DNA of 63,031 nucleotides, the filler included, from Folioceros fuciformis (Eukaryota), in the NCBI GenBank assembly GCA_049999805.1. It is 18 parts of 18 records of this genome, joined end to end, with 100 filler letters (N's around TTAATTAATTAA, not from the genome) between each part and the next. Parts side by side here need not be neighbours in the genome. Positions count along the whole stretch, not along the records: positions 36,820 to 38,692 come from JBNGIO010006700.1; positions 38,793 to 41,587 come from JBNGIO010006701.1; positions 41,688 to 43,690 come from JBNGIO010006702.1; positions 43,791 to 46,076 come from JBNGIO010006703.1; positions 46,177 to 47,603 come from JBNGIO010006704.1; positions 47,704 to 55,824 come from JBNGIO010006705.1; 12 more parts are not named here. One strand, given 5' to 3'. The position numbers and the translations under genes are program-made. The notes beneath the pieces were generated by a model. That model did no database searches. It was not told the DNA's origin and worked only from the letters and a program-made list of their open reading frames with translations. Below, piece by piece: positions 36,720 through 50,639 of the stretch. Each line of letters starts with the position of its first letter. Within the stretch, counting starts at the first letter, position 1.

Positions 36720-38914
36720 NNNNNNNNNNNNNNNNNNNNNNNNNNNNNNNNNNNNNNNNNNNNTTAATTAATTAANNNNNNNNNNNNNNNNNNNNNNNNN
36801 NNNNNNNNNNNNNNNNNNNGGAGCCTCCGACCGAAAATCCGAGACTCCGGCCGAGAAACCAACACTCCGAGACCATCTTCACTCGTGGCCACCCCCACCA
36901 CTTCTACATCCAGGTTTGCGTCTGGAGTAGAACTCTCACCGCCTCTCAAACACCTGATCGCAGAGGTGCCGACACCTTCAGAAGCCTCCTCGGATCCCCG
37001 ATTAAATAGTCTTGGGCTATCCCCACCAGGATGAATGCCTAGTGACGCGCCCCTAAACTGCAACTGCATCCGACGTGTCGCTTGTGCTGGAGGAATATGC
37101 TGCTCATGGTGATGCTCATCGGACCAAATCTGGCTGCCGGCGCCATCAAACATTTGGTCCATTCCCCCATCCTGGAAAGCTATGCGAGTTGATTGCACAT
37201 CACTGCTCTCCAGGTTCCTTTCATTTTCTGGAAAAATACCCTGACGGGGTCCATGATATCCCATATACATACTATAAGGACTAGGAGACGCAACTAATAA
37301 ATCCGAACACATCAATTCTTCATTGTACATATAGCTAGAGGTAGAGGGATCAGATCCTGCACAAACAGCCGAAAGACATCATCAGGACAGATCGCCTAAC
37401 GAAGACTCCGGAATCACCCACGTTTGCCTACCGTGGTAAAGCTGCACACTCAACGGAGAGCAGGGCACATCACTAACCCCTTCAAACGCAGCAGTACCAC
37501 ACCTTTCTCAAAGCGAGCTTTTCCATCAATACACCTTCATAGGGGTAAATTATAGAAAGGGCAAGGAAGCGTTAGCCTCTCGAGGTGAGAACATTTACTC
37601 CGCTGATCAGAAGTAAATATTCTCACCAGTAGATAACTTAGCGCCAGCCTTGCAATGAGACCGTACCTGGAATAAACATGGTGGATCTGTTCTCCGTTAC
37701 TTCCGCATCTCCTACTGAACCAAAATTCGTGCTTGCATGAGCACCAACTACTCCGGGTTCATATCCAGACTGCATAGGGGCCCCAGAACCATGAAAGAGA
37801 TCCTGAGAACGGAAAAATAGTCACGGTTAAGCATCTGACCAGACAGACCAATAATAAGTACCACAAGAGGGACCTCAAAGTCCAGGGAAATCTTGAGCCA
37901 CCAAGACATTGCTCTCAAACCCATCACAGGACAGACTGTCTTGAAACCCCCCTAAACCCCCCCCACTCGACTGAAGAACGACAGCCGTTTCCTTCGGGGA
38001 GAGAGATCGAGGGCATCCCCTGCTGAAATGAGCCACACCCCTCCCAGTGGCTCTAACCATCATCTCGTGCACATTTGCACATGTGCCCACATCTAGTTGT
38101 TCCAGTTGATCAAGAGACGCCTTACACCTTAAAGACCATTGTTCCCCGCAAGGAGAACCATGGCCACACAAGATAATCATCGAACATTTACAGAAGGGTA
38201 ACCATTCTCACCTCAGTGTTCCTCATCAGCCCACCCGCAGGCTCTGCAGCCTGATGCTCTGGGTGATGGGGTGATACACGGGCCATGGTCGCATCCTGGG
38301 CGGCGAACGCGGAAGGAACATCTTCAAACCTCATAAGCGCGTTCCCAATGACGTCCTCCGGTGGATCATGAATACAAGGCCACGAAAAGTGCATCCCCCT
38401 TCCGCGGCCTTCGGGTTCTACACAGTCAGCCCAATCACAATCCAAATCGACATCTGCGACGCCAGTCTGCTCCAGCTGTTCGAACAGCTCCTCCAAACTG
38501 CGATTCCCGTCGAGACCAGTGAAGGACGAAGTATCAAAATTACTCGGCACTTCACCCAAATCGTCGGGGAGTGGCTCATCATCCCAAACCTGCTGGAGAA
38601 TATTCACCATGTGATCCGCTTCACCAGCAGTATCATAATCGGGAAAATCTGTCGGGATCTCCGGGCATACGAAGCGCATATCGCAATCCATGNNNNNNNN
38701 NNNNNNNNNNNNNNNNNNNNNNNNNNNNNNNNNNNNTTAATTAATTAANNNNNNNNNNNNNNNNNNNNNNNNNNNNNNNNNNNNNNNNNNNNGATATGCA
38801 GCTCTTTAGGTCAACATGGAAAGGACTGACAAAGAAGCTCTACAAAGATAATAAGATATCAAAGGGGCCAAGCTTATTTGAAGGAGCAACTATATTGCTA
38901 TACATGATACGAAT

Positions 38915-41587
38915 ATGGTTAAGACTATTATTGTTGGAATGAGTGGTGCAACCATTTTCAGAATCATAGTTGCTCTCATCTCATTTACAATTTTCTCCAT
39001 CACATTTGGGTATATTGGTTTAGTGCAAGGAGGCTACACCAAATGTACTTTAGGGAAAGGTATAAGCTCGAAGCTTTACAATTGTGGAACAAAGTATAAC
39101 GATGGCAATGATCAATCTAATCTTGAACAACAAACAACACCAAATAGGTTTGTGATTGAATGTAAAGATGTGGTGCTGTGTGTGATTTTCAAGTTAAAAG
39201 AAAAAAAAAAAAGATTAGGGATATTGAGCTAAAGTATTCATGCAGTTATCTTATAAGATTGAAAAGTGGAGTAGCTCCTACTGAAGTTGATGACATATGT
39301 AATCTGGTGGAAGCAGATACTACATATTCAGGCTATTGTTCTCAAAAGTATGTTTTCTCTTCTTTTCTGTTTTTTGTTTGAAGGCAAGGTTTCATTCTTT
39401 TCTCCTAGTGCACAAGTTAGCTCTTACTTTATACAAGACATATCATCTAGAAAAGATAAAACAGAAAAAAAAATGTTTAAGGTTTTATTTAACACACTAA
39501 AACCTTTGCAGGTTTAAGAAGGTGTGGCTTGGTATGTTGATAGTAATCAGTGGGGAACATTTAGTTCAGTTGTTGAATGTGAAAGGGGATGAGATTGATC
39601 AAGTTGAAGTTGAGGGCACTCTAAGATTAGCTGCGGGTGTGACTCAAAAAAACCCAGCTAATTGGGGTCTTGATAGAATTGATCATCAAATTGGGGACAG
39701 TTATCTGGATCAACTTTACAATGTTACAGCTACTGGAGAAGGAGTACACATATATGTTTTAGACACCGTATGTATTGCATATATGTAACATGTTAATTGA
39801 GATTTTTACACGTAACAGCAGAATGATAACTTAATGAAATTAAATTAATGTAGGGAATTAGATGTTCTCATCAAGAATTCCTCTATCAAGATGGTAGGAA
39901 AGACAAGAGTGGAACACCCTTGAGAAGATGTCTTGCTGGATTTGATGGAATCGGTGATGGACAAGGCACAAATGATTGTAATGGACATGGGACCCATTGT
40001 GCAGGTTAAATGCATTTTCATGACATAAATGTCCATATTATGTATCTGAATATGCATTAAGCAGGCTCAGTCATATCAAACATGGTGTTTGAAGTTGACA
40101 ATATTTGGTGTAGGAATCGCCGCTGGATTACGAAATGGAGTTGCTAAACATGCCTTTGTACATCCTGTTCGGGCCATGGGGTGTGATGGAAGTGGAGGAT
40201 ATGGAGCTATCATGGCTGCTCTGGAATGGATAGGAAAAAATCAAATTCGTCCTGCTGTGGTGTCTATGTCAATAGCCACTCAAGCTTCGATAAGTATCGA
40301 TCAAGCTGTCAACAACCTTGTAAACCATACCGGAATCATCGCTGTAAGTAAACTCTCTTTGCAAATGTTAGATTAGCTTAAAGTTTTGTATTCTAGCTCG
40401 AAGTTTCTTGTGCTAGTGTTGAAGTGAATTCACACAGATTGCTGCATCGGGGAATTTTGTCCAAGCTGCATGTAACTATTCGCCATCACGAGCATCGTCA
40501 GTGATTTCTGTGGGGTCCTCAACAAAGACCAACACAATGAGTTGGTTCTCCAACTTTGGAAAATGTATGACAATCTTTGCACCTGTAAGTATAGTTTGTC
40601 ATTCTACTAATAGAAATTAAATACATAATTTACTAAAATTATACTTATCTTATTAAAAAAAATGCATAACAAATATTTCTAATTTATATCTAAGGAATAT
40701 CTATGAGAAAAAATACACCACGAGATAAATTGATCTCTTGACTCCCATGAGAATATCATACTTTAGATGGCATGGATGACATTTGATAATTGAGTTTGAA
40801 CAATGTTGAATAAATTACCATACCAACATCCTTGGCTTTGGTATATGCAGGGCGAATTGATTCTAAGTTCTTATAAAGATAGTGATACTACCTACACAAT
40901 TCTATCAGGAACATCAATGGCATGTCCTCACGTGGTATTTTATTCCTCTAGCTTATTATTGTATATTATGTATGAATATATGTTCTAAAATACATGCTTT
41001 GTTCTGTTACGAAGAAATGAAGGAACAAAGCCAAATAAATATTTTTATAACACATATTCATAAATAACTTGCAATTAAGTTGCCCCACATTTTAGTTATG
41101 AAAGTATGATCATGTTAGGCCGGAGCATCAGCTCTTTATCTGGAAAAAAATCCGGATGCAAGACCTGCAGAGGTTAGAAAAGCTATAATAGATGCTGCGG
41201 AGTCAAACGCCATTTCTAATACTAAGCCTGAAACGTCAACAAAGCTTTTGAATGTGAACTTCAAAGATCCACTTGTAGATATTCATCCAGCTTCATTTTA
41301 TAATGCATCCGAGGGCACTTCATTAACGGCTACAATAGGGTTACGGGTGAAACCCAATGCTAATGTCATCCTTACACCTACACTAAGTGATTATACTCTA
41401 GGTGATAAGCTTGTTTCGGAAACCATACTATAGTCACGTACTTACATCACCAGATTGGTTTCATTTGTAGAGTAGTTGAATAGACAAAGTGAAAAAAATG
41501 CAAAACCTGATTAAGCTAATTGTTGGGATGCACAGGGCGGTTTCAGCCATCTCAATTAACGTTTGGAACTGGTTCAAGATGGAGTGA
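38915..41587 (+). CDS. Multi-exon S8A subtilase, proteinase K/aqualysin type, with I9-like propeptide and C-terminal extension (3' truncated)
   Basis: N-terminal hydrophobic anchor; spliced NSYLIRLK propeptide; NWGLDRID; catalytic [22 protein letters not shown] and [12 protein letters not shown] spread over GT-AG introns (first donor 39148, next exon from 39246). Confidence 0.9.
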
Positions 41588-41687
41588 NNNNNNNNNNNNN
41601 NNNNNNNNNNNNNNNNNNNNNNNNNNNNNNNTTAATTAATTAANNNNNNNNNNNNNNNNNNNNNNNNNNNNNNNNNNNNNNNNNNNN

Positions 41688-43041
41688 GAGCACGACTGCG
41701 GGGCGTCGCCGTCCTGCTCTTTCCGGTAACTGGTGGGCGTGCGTTCCCGAACGTTCCTGGACCTGGCGCAGCTGCGTGTCCACGGTCGCGATCTGTCAGC
41801 CACCACACGAACTCAAGAAAGGAATAGTTAAGGAACAGAAGGGAAACGAAGAACAGGACACGACAGGAAAGGAAAGGCGAGGGGAGGGAAGGGCACACAC
41901 ATAAAACACAATTGGCAGCAACTGCATCGAATTGAGCGATCGCGTGTACCTGGCAGGGTCCATGGCAGAGTGTCCGTCCGGCTCGGCGTTGTCACCAATT
42001 GCGTTCTCCCCGCACGACACTTCCACCTCCACCTCCAGCTCTACCTGATAGATAATGAAGCAGGCAGGCCATGGATGGCGAGAATTCTCAGAACACGCAT
42101 TTCCTTCTCTCTGTGCCTCCCGGACAAGGCAGGCAAGTGACAGCTCAATCGTTCGGACAGCAACAGCAGGGAAACCAGGAAAAAAGGAAGTTGTGTGCTA
42201 CAAGTTTCCTAGTAGAGAGAAAGGAAGCATGGGGCCCGCTGCGGTGCCTTGCACCCACATCTCAAAAAATCAGGTTCAGATTGGGCGAGAGCCCAGCACC
42301 GTACTCGGCCAAATTGCCACTCACCTCAGGGCTTTTGAGATGAATATCCGGCACCGCCTCCTCTTGCGCCAGCTGCAGCTCTTGCTGCTGATGGAGCTCT
42401 CTGTCTTTGTCTACTCTGCTTCTCGCAGCATTGCTGCGAGTGTTGGGGGCTCTCCGCTTTGCCTCAGGCTCCGCCACTTGCCTGCCTTCCGCAGCTACGG
42501 AGCCCCGAGCTGATGCTGATGCTGCTGCTGTTGCCGCGGCCGCCCTGGTTCTTGAATGCCTGCCTTCTCTCAATTGGGCGTTGCCGCTGCGTCTGGCCTC
42601 TGAAATAACTCTGGCTTCTGTGGACGCGGAACCGCGGCGTCGCATGTTCATTGGTCTGTCGGGCTCTTCGCTGGCCTTGTCTGCCTGACTCTTCCTGCTG
42701 CGCAACAGGTAGGAGCTCGGAGTGGAATTGGGCTCCACAGGCTGCTTCCGCTTCGGCTGCACCTTGGGCTGCTGCGGCTGAGCCTGAGTGGGAGTGGGCG
42801 GCTGATCGTCCGTCGGCAGGGGTAGCGGAGCCGGTGCCGCTGCTGGTACCGGTACCGGTACGGGTACCGGAACCGGAGCATCCTGTCCGGCGGACCCTTT
42901 GGCTGCCTCCTCCTGTTGCTTGCGATCCTGTTCCAAGGCGAGAGTTCTGGCTCGAGTTCGCACCCCCGTCGTCCCTTGTTGCGTCACATCCATCACGGCC
43001 ACTTCTTCCACGCTTTTCTGCTTCCTCATATACTTGCCCAT
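41688..43041 (-). CDS. KRP: Cyclin-dependent kinase inhibitor ICK/KRP (3' truncated)
   Basis: MGKYMRK, EVAVMDV, GVRTRARTLAL, SYLLRSR, EVSCGEN and RERTPTS motifs; exons 43041-42325, 42044-41950 and from 41792. Confidence 0.9.
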
Positions 43042-43791
43042 GCTAGCCCGTCATCCAGTCTCTCCAATTGCACACCGCCCACAATGCGCACATGAGCAAG
43101 CGAGCTACCTGTCGTCCCACATCTCTAGCTGCCAGCCCTTGGCTACGGACATGAACCCCCGGCGCCTCCACTCTGCTATCCTGGCCACGCAGGGTGTCGC
43201 ACACGAGAGTTAATCGACAAGCCGCCGGGAAGCGAGCAGAGGCTTTGTAAGCAGACGAGGGAGGAGAAGGAGGCGCAGCCGGTCTTGTTGCCCGGATCAT
43301 GACGCACTCACGCACCCTAGGCCCGAGCTTGCAAGATACACCTTCCCAAAGCCCTCCTGCCCCTGCTGTACCGCGACACGAGCAGCGCAGCGGTACGTCA
43401 GTCGAAGGAAATGGGAGCTCACAGAGAGCCAGATGGACGCTCGACACAAAACCGCAAGGTACCTACCTCCCTTCCAATGCGCAATTGGCCAAGGGCAGAG
43501 ACGGCGAACACAGCTCCGGATGACGGATTGCTACTTGAACCCACAAAGCGTACAGGCAAGCGCGAGAGCGAGAGCGAGGGCTAGCCCACCCAGCTGGAAG
43601 TCTGAGAAGCACCTGCAGGGCAATGAAGCAGGGGTGAGGGCAGCCCAATTGTAAGCTCCACAGCTTCGGGAGCCAGGCAAAGAAGAGAAGNNNNNNNNNN
43701 NNNNNNNNNNNNNNNNNNNNNNNNNNNNNNNNNNTTAATTAATTAANNNNNNNNNNNNNNNNNNNNNNNNNNNNNNNNNNNNNNNNNNNNC

Positions 43792-44247
43792 GGTCCTCCG
43801 CCGTTTAGTAGCGATGTGAATGCGTCGCAGGAATCGGTTGCGCTGAATGTTGCAGCTCATAGGAAGGAGAAGGAGGGGGGAGACAGGAAATCTGCGTGGT
43901 CGCCGCTGGGAGGAGGCAAGGGAAAGAAGCAGGAGAAGAGGAAGGCCAAGGATCATGGGACGCTGAGTAAGGAGATCGTGATGGAGATCGGTGATGGGAT
44001 GCTGGCACCGGGCAAGGTTGGCTCGGTGGACGTGGTAATAGCAGGGCCTTCCAGATCGGACGAATTGAGTCCGCGGATGAATGGCCATATGGATTCCCGG
44101 ATGAAGGGCCATCAATTAGCTCAGCGGACGTGGTGGAGCAACGTCAAGTTTGTGCTGTTTCTGGATGTGATAGTCTGTGTGTTACTGTTTGCAGTGTGGC
44201 TTGGGATCTGCAGAGGTTTCCAATGTCTGTCCAGCAGGAATGGATGA
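43792..44247 (+). CDS. Phytolongin (non-SNARE longin) C-terminal part (5' truncated)
   Basis: C-terminus AQRTWWSNVKFVLFLDVIVCVLLFAVWLGICRGFQC is typical of phytolongins. Confidence 0.8.
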   Translation, partial: GPPPFSSDVNASQESVALNVAAHRKEKEGGDRKSAWSPLGGGKGKKQEKRKAKDHGTLSKEIVMEIGDGMLAPGKVGSVDVVIAGPSRSDELSPRMNGHMDSRMKGHQLAQRTWWSNVKFVLFLDVIVCVLLFAVWLGICRGFQCLSSRNG

Positions 44248-44899
44248 TGATGCAAGTATTGGAGGTTGTAGAGGATTTAATTGCGGGCTTGCACAATACA
44301 ATTATTTACTACTGTGGTGACGACCCAAGTAGCGCTGGAGCTTGGCACGAGGCAGAGGCATGTGTCGGTGCAGGCTACGGGAGCCTGCTCTTGTGCGGTT
44401 CAGCTGGTTGATAGCCACCAATGTTCATGACAGCCGCCAAGGTGTTAAGTGATCAGTGTCTCGTTTTCAGTGACTATTGTGAGGCCAGGGGCTGCTCCAA
44501 TCCCACAGCTGACTGCACACGTTTTCAAGCAACTTGGACGAGGCCTAATGAGGGTTTAGGGTTCACGTTTTCAGGATTTTCATCTTGGTGAGATCCGTAT
44601 GCAGTCTCTGAAATTTCTCCTCTTACATAGACCCGCATCCAAGTGACAGGACATGGGGTGGCATCTCTACTGGAGCAAGGTGTCGGAGGAATTTTCGCAT
44701 CGGGAGTCTCCAGGAAGTACATTATTTGTGTGGCACTGTTCCACCGCGAATGCAGGGGGCGGACTATGGTTGCGAAGTTGGTTTTCAGTGCGGGAGCCTT
44801 AGAACTACAGTTTGGTTAAATCAGTTTTAGCTATTTCCATTCTTTTCTACAGCGATGGTGAAAGATGTGATGAAATGACGTTAACTTGTAAACGTATTC

Positions 44900-45700
44900 G
44901 AGATTTGGGTTGTAAGTACACCTTGGGCCCTTCCTCCTTCGGAAGTGGATTCGTTTGACATTCCCCTACTTCTTCCAGCACAGCACAGGTAATGCCAACT
45001 CTATACAACCTGCACAGTGCAGCTTCTACGTACGATACAATCTACGCGCTTTCTGCAAGCTTATCTGAAGAGCAAGTAGCTGTCATGGATACCGAATTCT
45101 CCTGGGTCTTACCTTCACACCTTTGGATGAAGGCGAGTGGGCACACGACCCGGCAAGTCAAGGCGATTTTGGTTTACATTGTTACGCATTCAAACCGCAA
45201 TTTCTGCGTCTCCTGGATCAAGAACCCGAGTTTCGGTCAGGTTCTGAAAGTGCTGCCGCCAACTACATGTGCCATTCCATGCGATTCTCAGCCAATTCAG
45301 GAAGCGAGGACAAACACAAACGAAAAGAAGACGATGAACTCGGTAGACTGGAAGACCAATTGTAGTCCAAGTCGCTCGAATATTGATGTATCATGGCATA
45401 GTATGCCAGAATAAGTGGCACAAAACTTGCATCAATGAATGGCTGTTGTTACAAACGAAGACTTGTTGCAACTGAGGACCCAATATGTAGCTGTGGGCAT
45501 CACGAAAAGGTCAGCGGCTTCGTCGGGCACACATCGCACAGCACTGCATTGCATGGAGCACGATCTTCCGCCCGCTTGAGGTATTTACAACAGTGATCTT
45601 GGTGTGTCAAGTCATACACACCTGTGATCACTTCTTCTCCGAGATAGGGTCCATCAGTCAATGTGTTCTCTCTACAAGAGGGCGAGGGACATTCGTACAC
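44900..45700 (-). mobile_element. Possible degenerate Mutator-like transposase remnant
   Basis: Stop-riddled frames with Cys/His clusters and segments resembling DSTFRT (GGSTFRT) and GxPVAFI (CPLAFI). Weak. Confidence 0.25.
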
Positions 45701-47985
45701 CCACTATGTGCTCATGGAAGACGAGTACTGCATAGATACGGATACCTCTCCATCTCCTGCACGTCCACCAACACCACGTGATGCTCTGGGCAAGCAAGTT
45801 ATCACCCATCCCATCCCTGAAGAGATGCACCACTTCCTATCCCCCGCTGCCCTGTGCGTCAATCCCCAACCCTCGAGGGATTCAGTCATGCAGAATTATC
45901 ATCTGCCTCGCAGGCACTTGAACCCTCCGCAGATCCCAAGCCAGATAAAAAACAGAACCAAACACACAATCACATCCAACAGCAGCACCAGCTTCACATT
46001 CCGCCACCACGTCCTCTGCGCGGGGGTTTGCATCCCTTTACTCCTCCCCACGCCGTGGTGGCCATTCATCTGATACNNNNNNNNNNNNNNNNNNNNNNNN
46101 NNNNNNNNNNNNNNNNNNNNTTAATTAATTAANNNNNNNNNNNNNNNNNNNNNNNNNNNNNNNNNNNNNNNNNNNNCAATCTCCCATACATAATATTTTT
46201 GTTTTAAACCTATTGATATTTCCTTCTTTTTCTTCCCATGAAGAATTATTTTCTTTTTTCCTACATCTAGATGGATATTTCTTTCTCCCAACATAGAGTG
46301 ATGTTTTTTTCTTTCTTTCTCACCCCACATTGATGGTTTTCTCTTTATCCCATATTAATATTTTCTCTCCAATTTGTCTCACCCTCACTCATAAGTTTCC
46401 TTACCAAGAATTATTCATTAGCATTCACTTTCCTCAAGGCATGTTCTTTTCCTCCCTTCCATTCTTAAACACTTATTCTCAAACACTTATATTCATACTT
46501 TATATGCCTATACTAAAACTTCCAGCACCTATACTCACCCTCTATATCAAATTAAAATAAATATTTCTATCTACTAGTACATAAAATTCCTTCATCACAA
46601 TGAACCATCATGTCAATCATTTTCTCACCTTTCCCCCTTCATCGAGGATAGTATCTCAAGGATAGTCTCAAGAATAGTATCAAACATAGCATAGACTAAT
46701 CTTCCTTCAAAAGCTCTTCCTAATCTGTTAAAATCACAACTTATCAAGAGAGTATTATGCATCTAGAGAATACTTCGCTTGACGAATACTATGCATCTAG
46801 AGTATACTTTGCTTAAAGACATACATTATCACCTGCACCAATAGTCACTCACAAGCATACCGGTTAATTAGTCAATAAAAAATAAATAAAATTCAATCAC
46901 TTATATCTAAAGAATAAACCCTTAGAGAAAGAAAGAAAACCAAAACCAATCATAGAAAAGAATTTATTTAGATCACAAACTTCTCACCAGCATTCGGAAG
47001 GGTTGTGCATTGTATAGCGTCCTATGGAAATTTATCCATCTAGAAAATATGTGCAAGGCCAAAACAGTACAAAAAAATCCATCCATTGCCAAACACACCA
47101 TGAGAAAATAACAAAATGATATTTCTTAAACAAATGCAGCTTGAAGCCGTCGGAGGACTTGTAACGTGGAAGGACAACACATGCAGTCTCAAAGCTGGGG
47201 CACACAAAATGCAATCAGAAACCCTATCGACGATGTGTGAGCAAGATTGGAAGCAAAGTGGACGCATACGACAGATTCTTGTCTGCTTCCTCTGACCCGT
47301 AGGACCAAGATCCGGACGTTGTTCACCCATCAGGGGCGACACGGTACTACCCTCCACAGTTTCACGCACACCACCACGGAAAACGAAGGAAGGGGAACAG
47401 CTGAGTGAAGGCACAGGACAAGTGTCAAGAGAGGCAGAGATTCGTAGGCCGAGAAGGTTCAGGCTCATCTTCGTCGGACTCCACAACCAGAAGACGCGAG
47501 TCTGTCCGTCCCCTCCCAACACATACCGGCTCGGCAGCGCACGGCGACGGCGAAGGGCCCGGCACACCCAAACGCTCCTCATGCTTCCTCCCAATGTCTC
47601 TACNNNNNNNNNNNNNNNNNNNNNNNNNNNNNNNNNNNNNNNNNNNNTTAATTAATTAANNNNNNNNNNNNNNNNNNNNNNNNNNNNNNNNNNNNNNNNN
47701 NNNGACAGGAGAGGAGAAGGGAATCCCGAATTGTGAATCGTGATTTGTGAATGAGTCGTGAATCGTGGTGCGGTGACCGGCGTTCAGCGGTGGTTAAGCG
47801 ACATTTGCGGGGTGGGGGGAGAGGGCAGTGGGGTAAAGACGGAAGCGTCTGGGTCCAGGTCCGGGGCCGAGGCCGGGTCCGGGCTGGAGGTACACGTTGG
47901 CTTTTGGGCGAATGGCGAATGCATCGCGAGAGGTCTGCTGCCCCAGATCCACGCGCCAAAATCCGGCACCTTCGGCAAGCACGGC

Positions 47986-50639
47986 ATGGATGCGTTTGCC
48001 AGCATGCTGATTTCCAAGCTGTGCTGTAATCCTGTGACTCTGGACAAGCAATCGCTCATCGCTATGCACAACGAGGCAGCTCAGGGCCTGAAGATGCTGT
48101 CAGGAATGGGCTGGCACCCGCAGTCTGTGGCCGACTCCGACTCCGACGCCAGGCGCTCCTCTTCGGCTGCCATCTCCAGCCTGCGCAGAATCGGCATCAG
48201 GTAGCTGCTCCGTGGATTCGTTGGGCCTGGCTTGCAATGCCGCCGCTCTGGCTCCAGCCCCGCCCCAGTGCTCACGTTTCTGTGGGGCGTGGCGTGTTTG
48301 GCAGGGATTTGACGCCGGGGAAGCGGCACCCTGGGAAGGTGCTTCACGGCCGCCTATGTGTCAAGGCGTTCAAGATATGCGCTTTCATCCAGACCGTCTT
48401 GGAGGAGGACAAGCCGGAGACGGGCAAGGCCATCACGCTGAAAATCAGGCATTCCGGGAGCTCGGCTGCCGGGGAGACGGAGGCGGAGGCTGAGGTGGAG
48501 CTGCTGTACCCGCTGGGGCTCAAGGTGGCCATCAAGGAGCCTTTGTTCGTGGAATTTCCGGGAGGTTTCATCGGGCTCAGGATCGATGATCCCGCGGACA
48601 TCGTGCGCCTGGAGTCGGACAAGCTGGAACCTAATCTTGCCCTGCTGCACAGCGACGGGCCCGGGGACCTGGAGGGGGCGGATTCGTTGCGAAAGGAAGG
48701 GAACGCCTTCTTCGCCAGCAAGGACTGGGACAAGGCAATTGAGCTCTATGGCAGGTGCATTGATGAGATTAGAGTTAGCGCTAGGGCTATCCAAGAAGAG
48801 TACGATGGCAGGCTAGAGGTGGGCAAGCCGGCCGGGGAGGGTGCCTCCACCCCTGCGCCGCACGCTAAGCGCAAGTCTAAGCAGGCCAGGACCAGGAAGA
48901 AGAAGCGGGAGCTCAAGACCGTGGCTGTTGCGCTGCAGATCAGGGAGGAATTCCAGGCCGCGGCCGTCGTTTTGCTCACTGCGGCCTATTCGAATAGAGC
49001 CGAGGCGTGGCTCAGGTTGAGGCATTTCGAGAATGCGTATCTGGATGCTCAGAGGGCGCTGTATTTCACGCCTACGCATGACAAGAGCTTGTTGAGGAAG
49101 GGGAAGGCGCTTCATGGTCTGCAGTGCTACAAATTAGCTAGTTCTTGCTACCAACAAGTGTTGGACCTGCCTTCTGCCAAGCTGTCTGCGGAGACGCGGG
49201 AGCACATCAAGTCCAGTCTGTTGAGGGAGGCTCGGGTTGCGGAGATCCAGTCTCGCCTAGGAATTTACAACTTGGAGGATTTCTTTTTAGGGGGATGCAA
49301 GGGGGATCCACCAGCTTGCGCCGACTATGTGGGGCCTGTGGAGGTTCGGCATGTCAACCAGACTGTAGGGAGGGGCTTGTTTGTCACTAAGGATGTGAAG
49401 GAAGGGGACCTGCTCCTGGTTTCCAATCCGGTAGCGGTCGCTCGGGGTAGTTCAGATGTAGGGTTAGGGCACGGATCTGCAGAAGGAGCGGAGGCTGATG
49501 TGGCTGTCCTACAAGACTTGACGTCTCAGCTAAGGGATGCAGCCAGGAGGAGCTGTCGGAAATTGGAGCAGATTTACACTCTGGCCGATGGGAATAAGGC
49601 TAGGAAGGGGGAGGTCCCTTCCATGGCCGTCTTCACGCCTCAAGAGCCCAGCACAGCTTTTCTGCAACACGATGTACAGTCCTTTTCAGGAAAGTTAGAC
49701 GTGCTGCTGGAGCGGGACGTCATCGAGGTCCACATCGACAACCCTAGGATGCGAAGAGTAGTAGACATCAACGTGTTCGAGGGAAGTCGGTTCACCAGTT
49801 CGCCAGTCATCAATCTGGTTTGGGTTCCAGAAAGGGAGACTCCTGCTGGAATTTGGATACTGCCCTCCTTTATAAACCACTCTTGTATACCCAACTGCTC
49901 TCGGAGGCATGTGGGTGACACCATGTTCGTCAACGCCTCCCGAGATCTTCATGCTGGAGAGGAAGTTACAGTCGCTTACTTCCATCTCTTCATACCAGCA
50001 CATGAACGAAGGTCTTTGTGTGACAAGAGGGGCTTCTGCTGCTGCTGTCCTCGGTGCACTTTGGAGCAAAGCCTAGCATCCAGAGCTCCCGCGTTGAGAA
50101 GAGTTTCACAAAGGTACGTCAAGTACTCGGCTCTGACTGATGCTGTGGGCACCTTGTCTGCTGCTTCGAAAGGTGCCAGTATGCGACGTGATCTCAACCA
50201 GTTTCTGGAGTCCAACCATCTGCAACTCAACGCTGAAAGCAAGAATTGGATACGGGCTTCTTATATAAGACCTTACCTTCAGGCCATCGTACAGGTTCTG
50301 CACTCCAGAAGGGTAACGGGGGCCAAAACTCCCATCACCACTCAGTCCTTCGACATGGTATTTGATGCCATGATATCCGTCCATCCGGGCTCAGAGGACA
50401 CACTTTCGATGCTTTGTCACCCTTTTTCTTATGGAACAGCAGATGTTTCTCCTAGTAAGAGCAAGGCCTGGGCAGATCTAGCTCTTAGGATTTGCAGATG
50501 TGTGTACGGCTCTTTCAAAGAATCTACTGGTGAGGCCATTTTAAAACATCACACTGAGAGTTCTTTGAGATACATGGAGAAACAGGTTGCTTCTCACTTA
50601 GATACCTTTAGATTCGAATGGTTTTGTGCTGTCAAATAA
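47986..50639 (+). CDS. TPR + SET-domain protein (SMYD-like lysine methyltransferase), 2 exons
   Basis: Exon 47986-48200, intron 48201-48304, exon 48305-50639. N-domain RHPGKVL...IKEP...GLRIDDPAD; TPRs LRKEGNAFF, SNRAEA and KSLLRKGKAL; SET GRGLFVT, SFINHSC and GEEVTVAY; post-SET CCCPRC. Confidence 0.9.

Noticed and set aside
46640-46815. Short imperfect direct repeats (GATAGTATCTCAAG; TATGCATCTAGAG) resembling a mini-CRISPR
   Set aside because: Two or three degenerate copies with irregular spacing, eukaryotic context and no cas genes.
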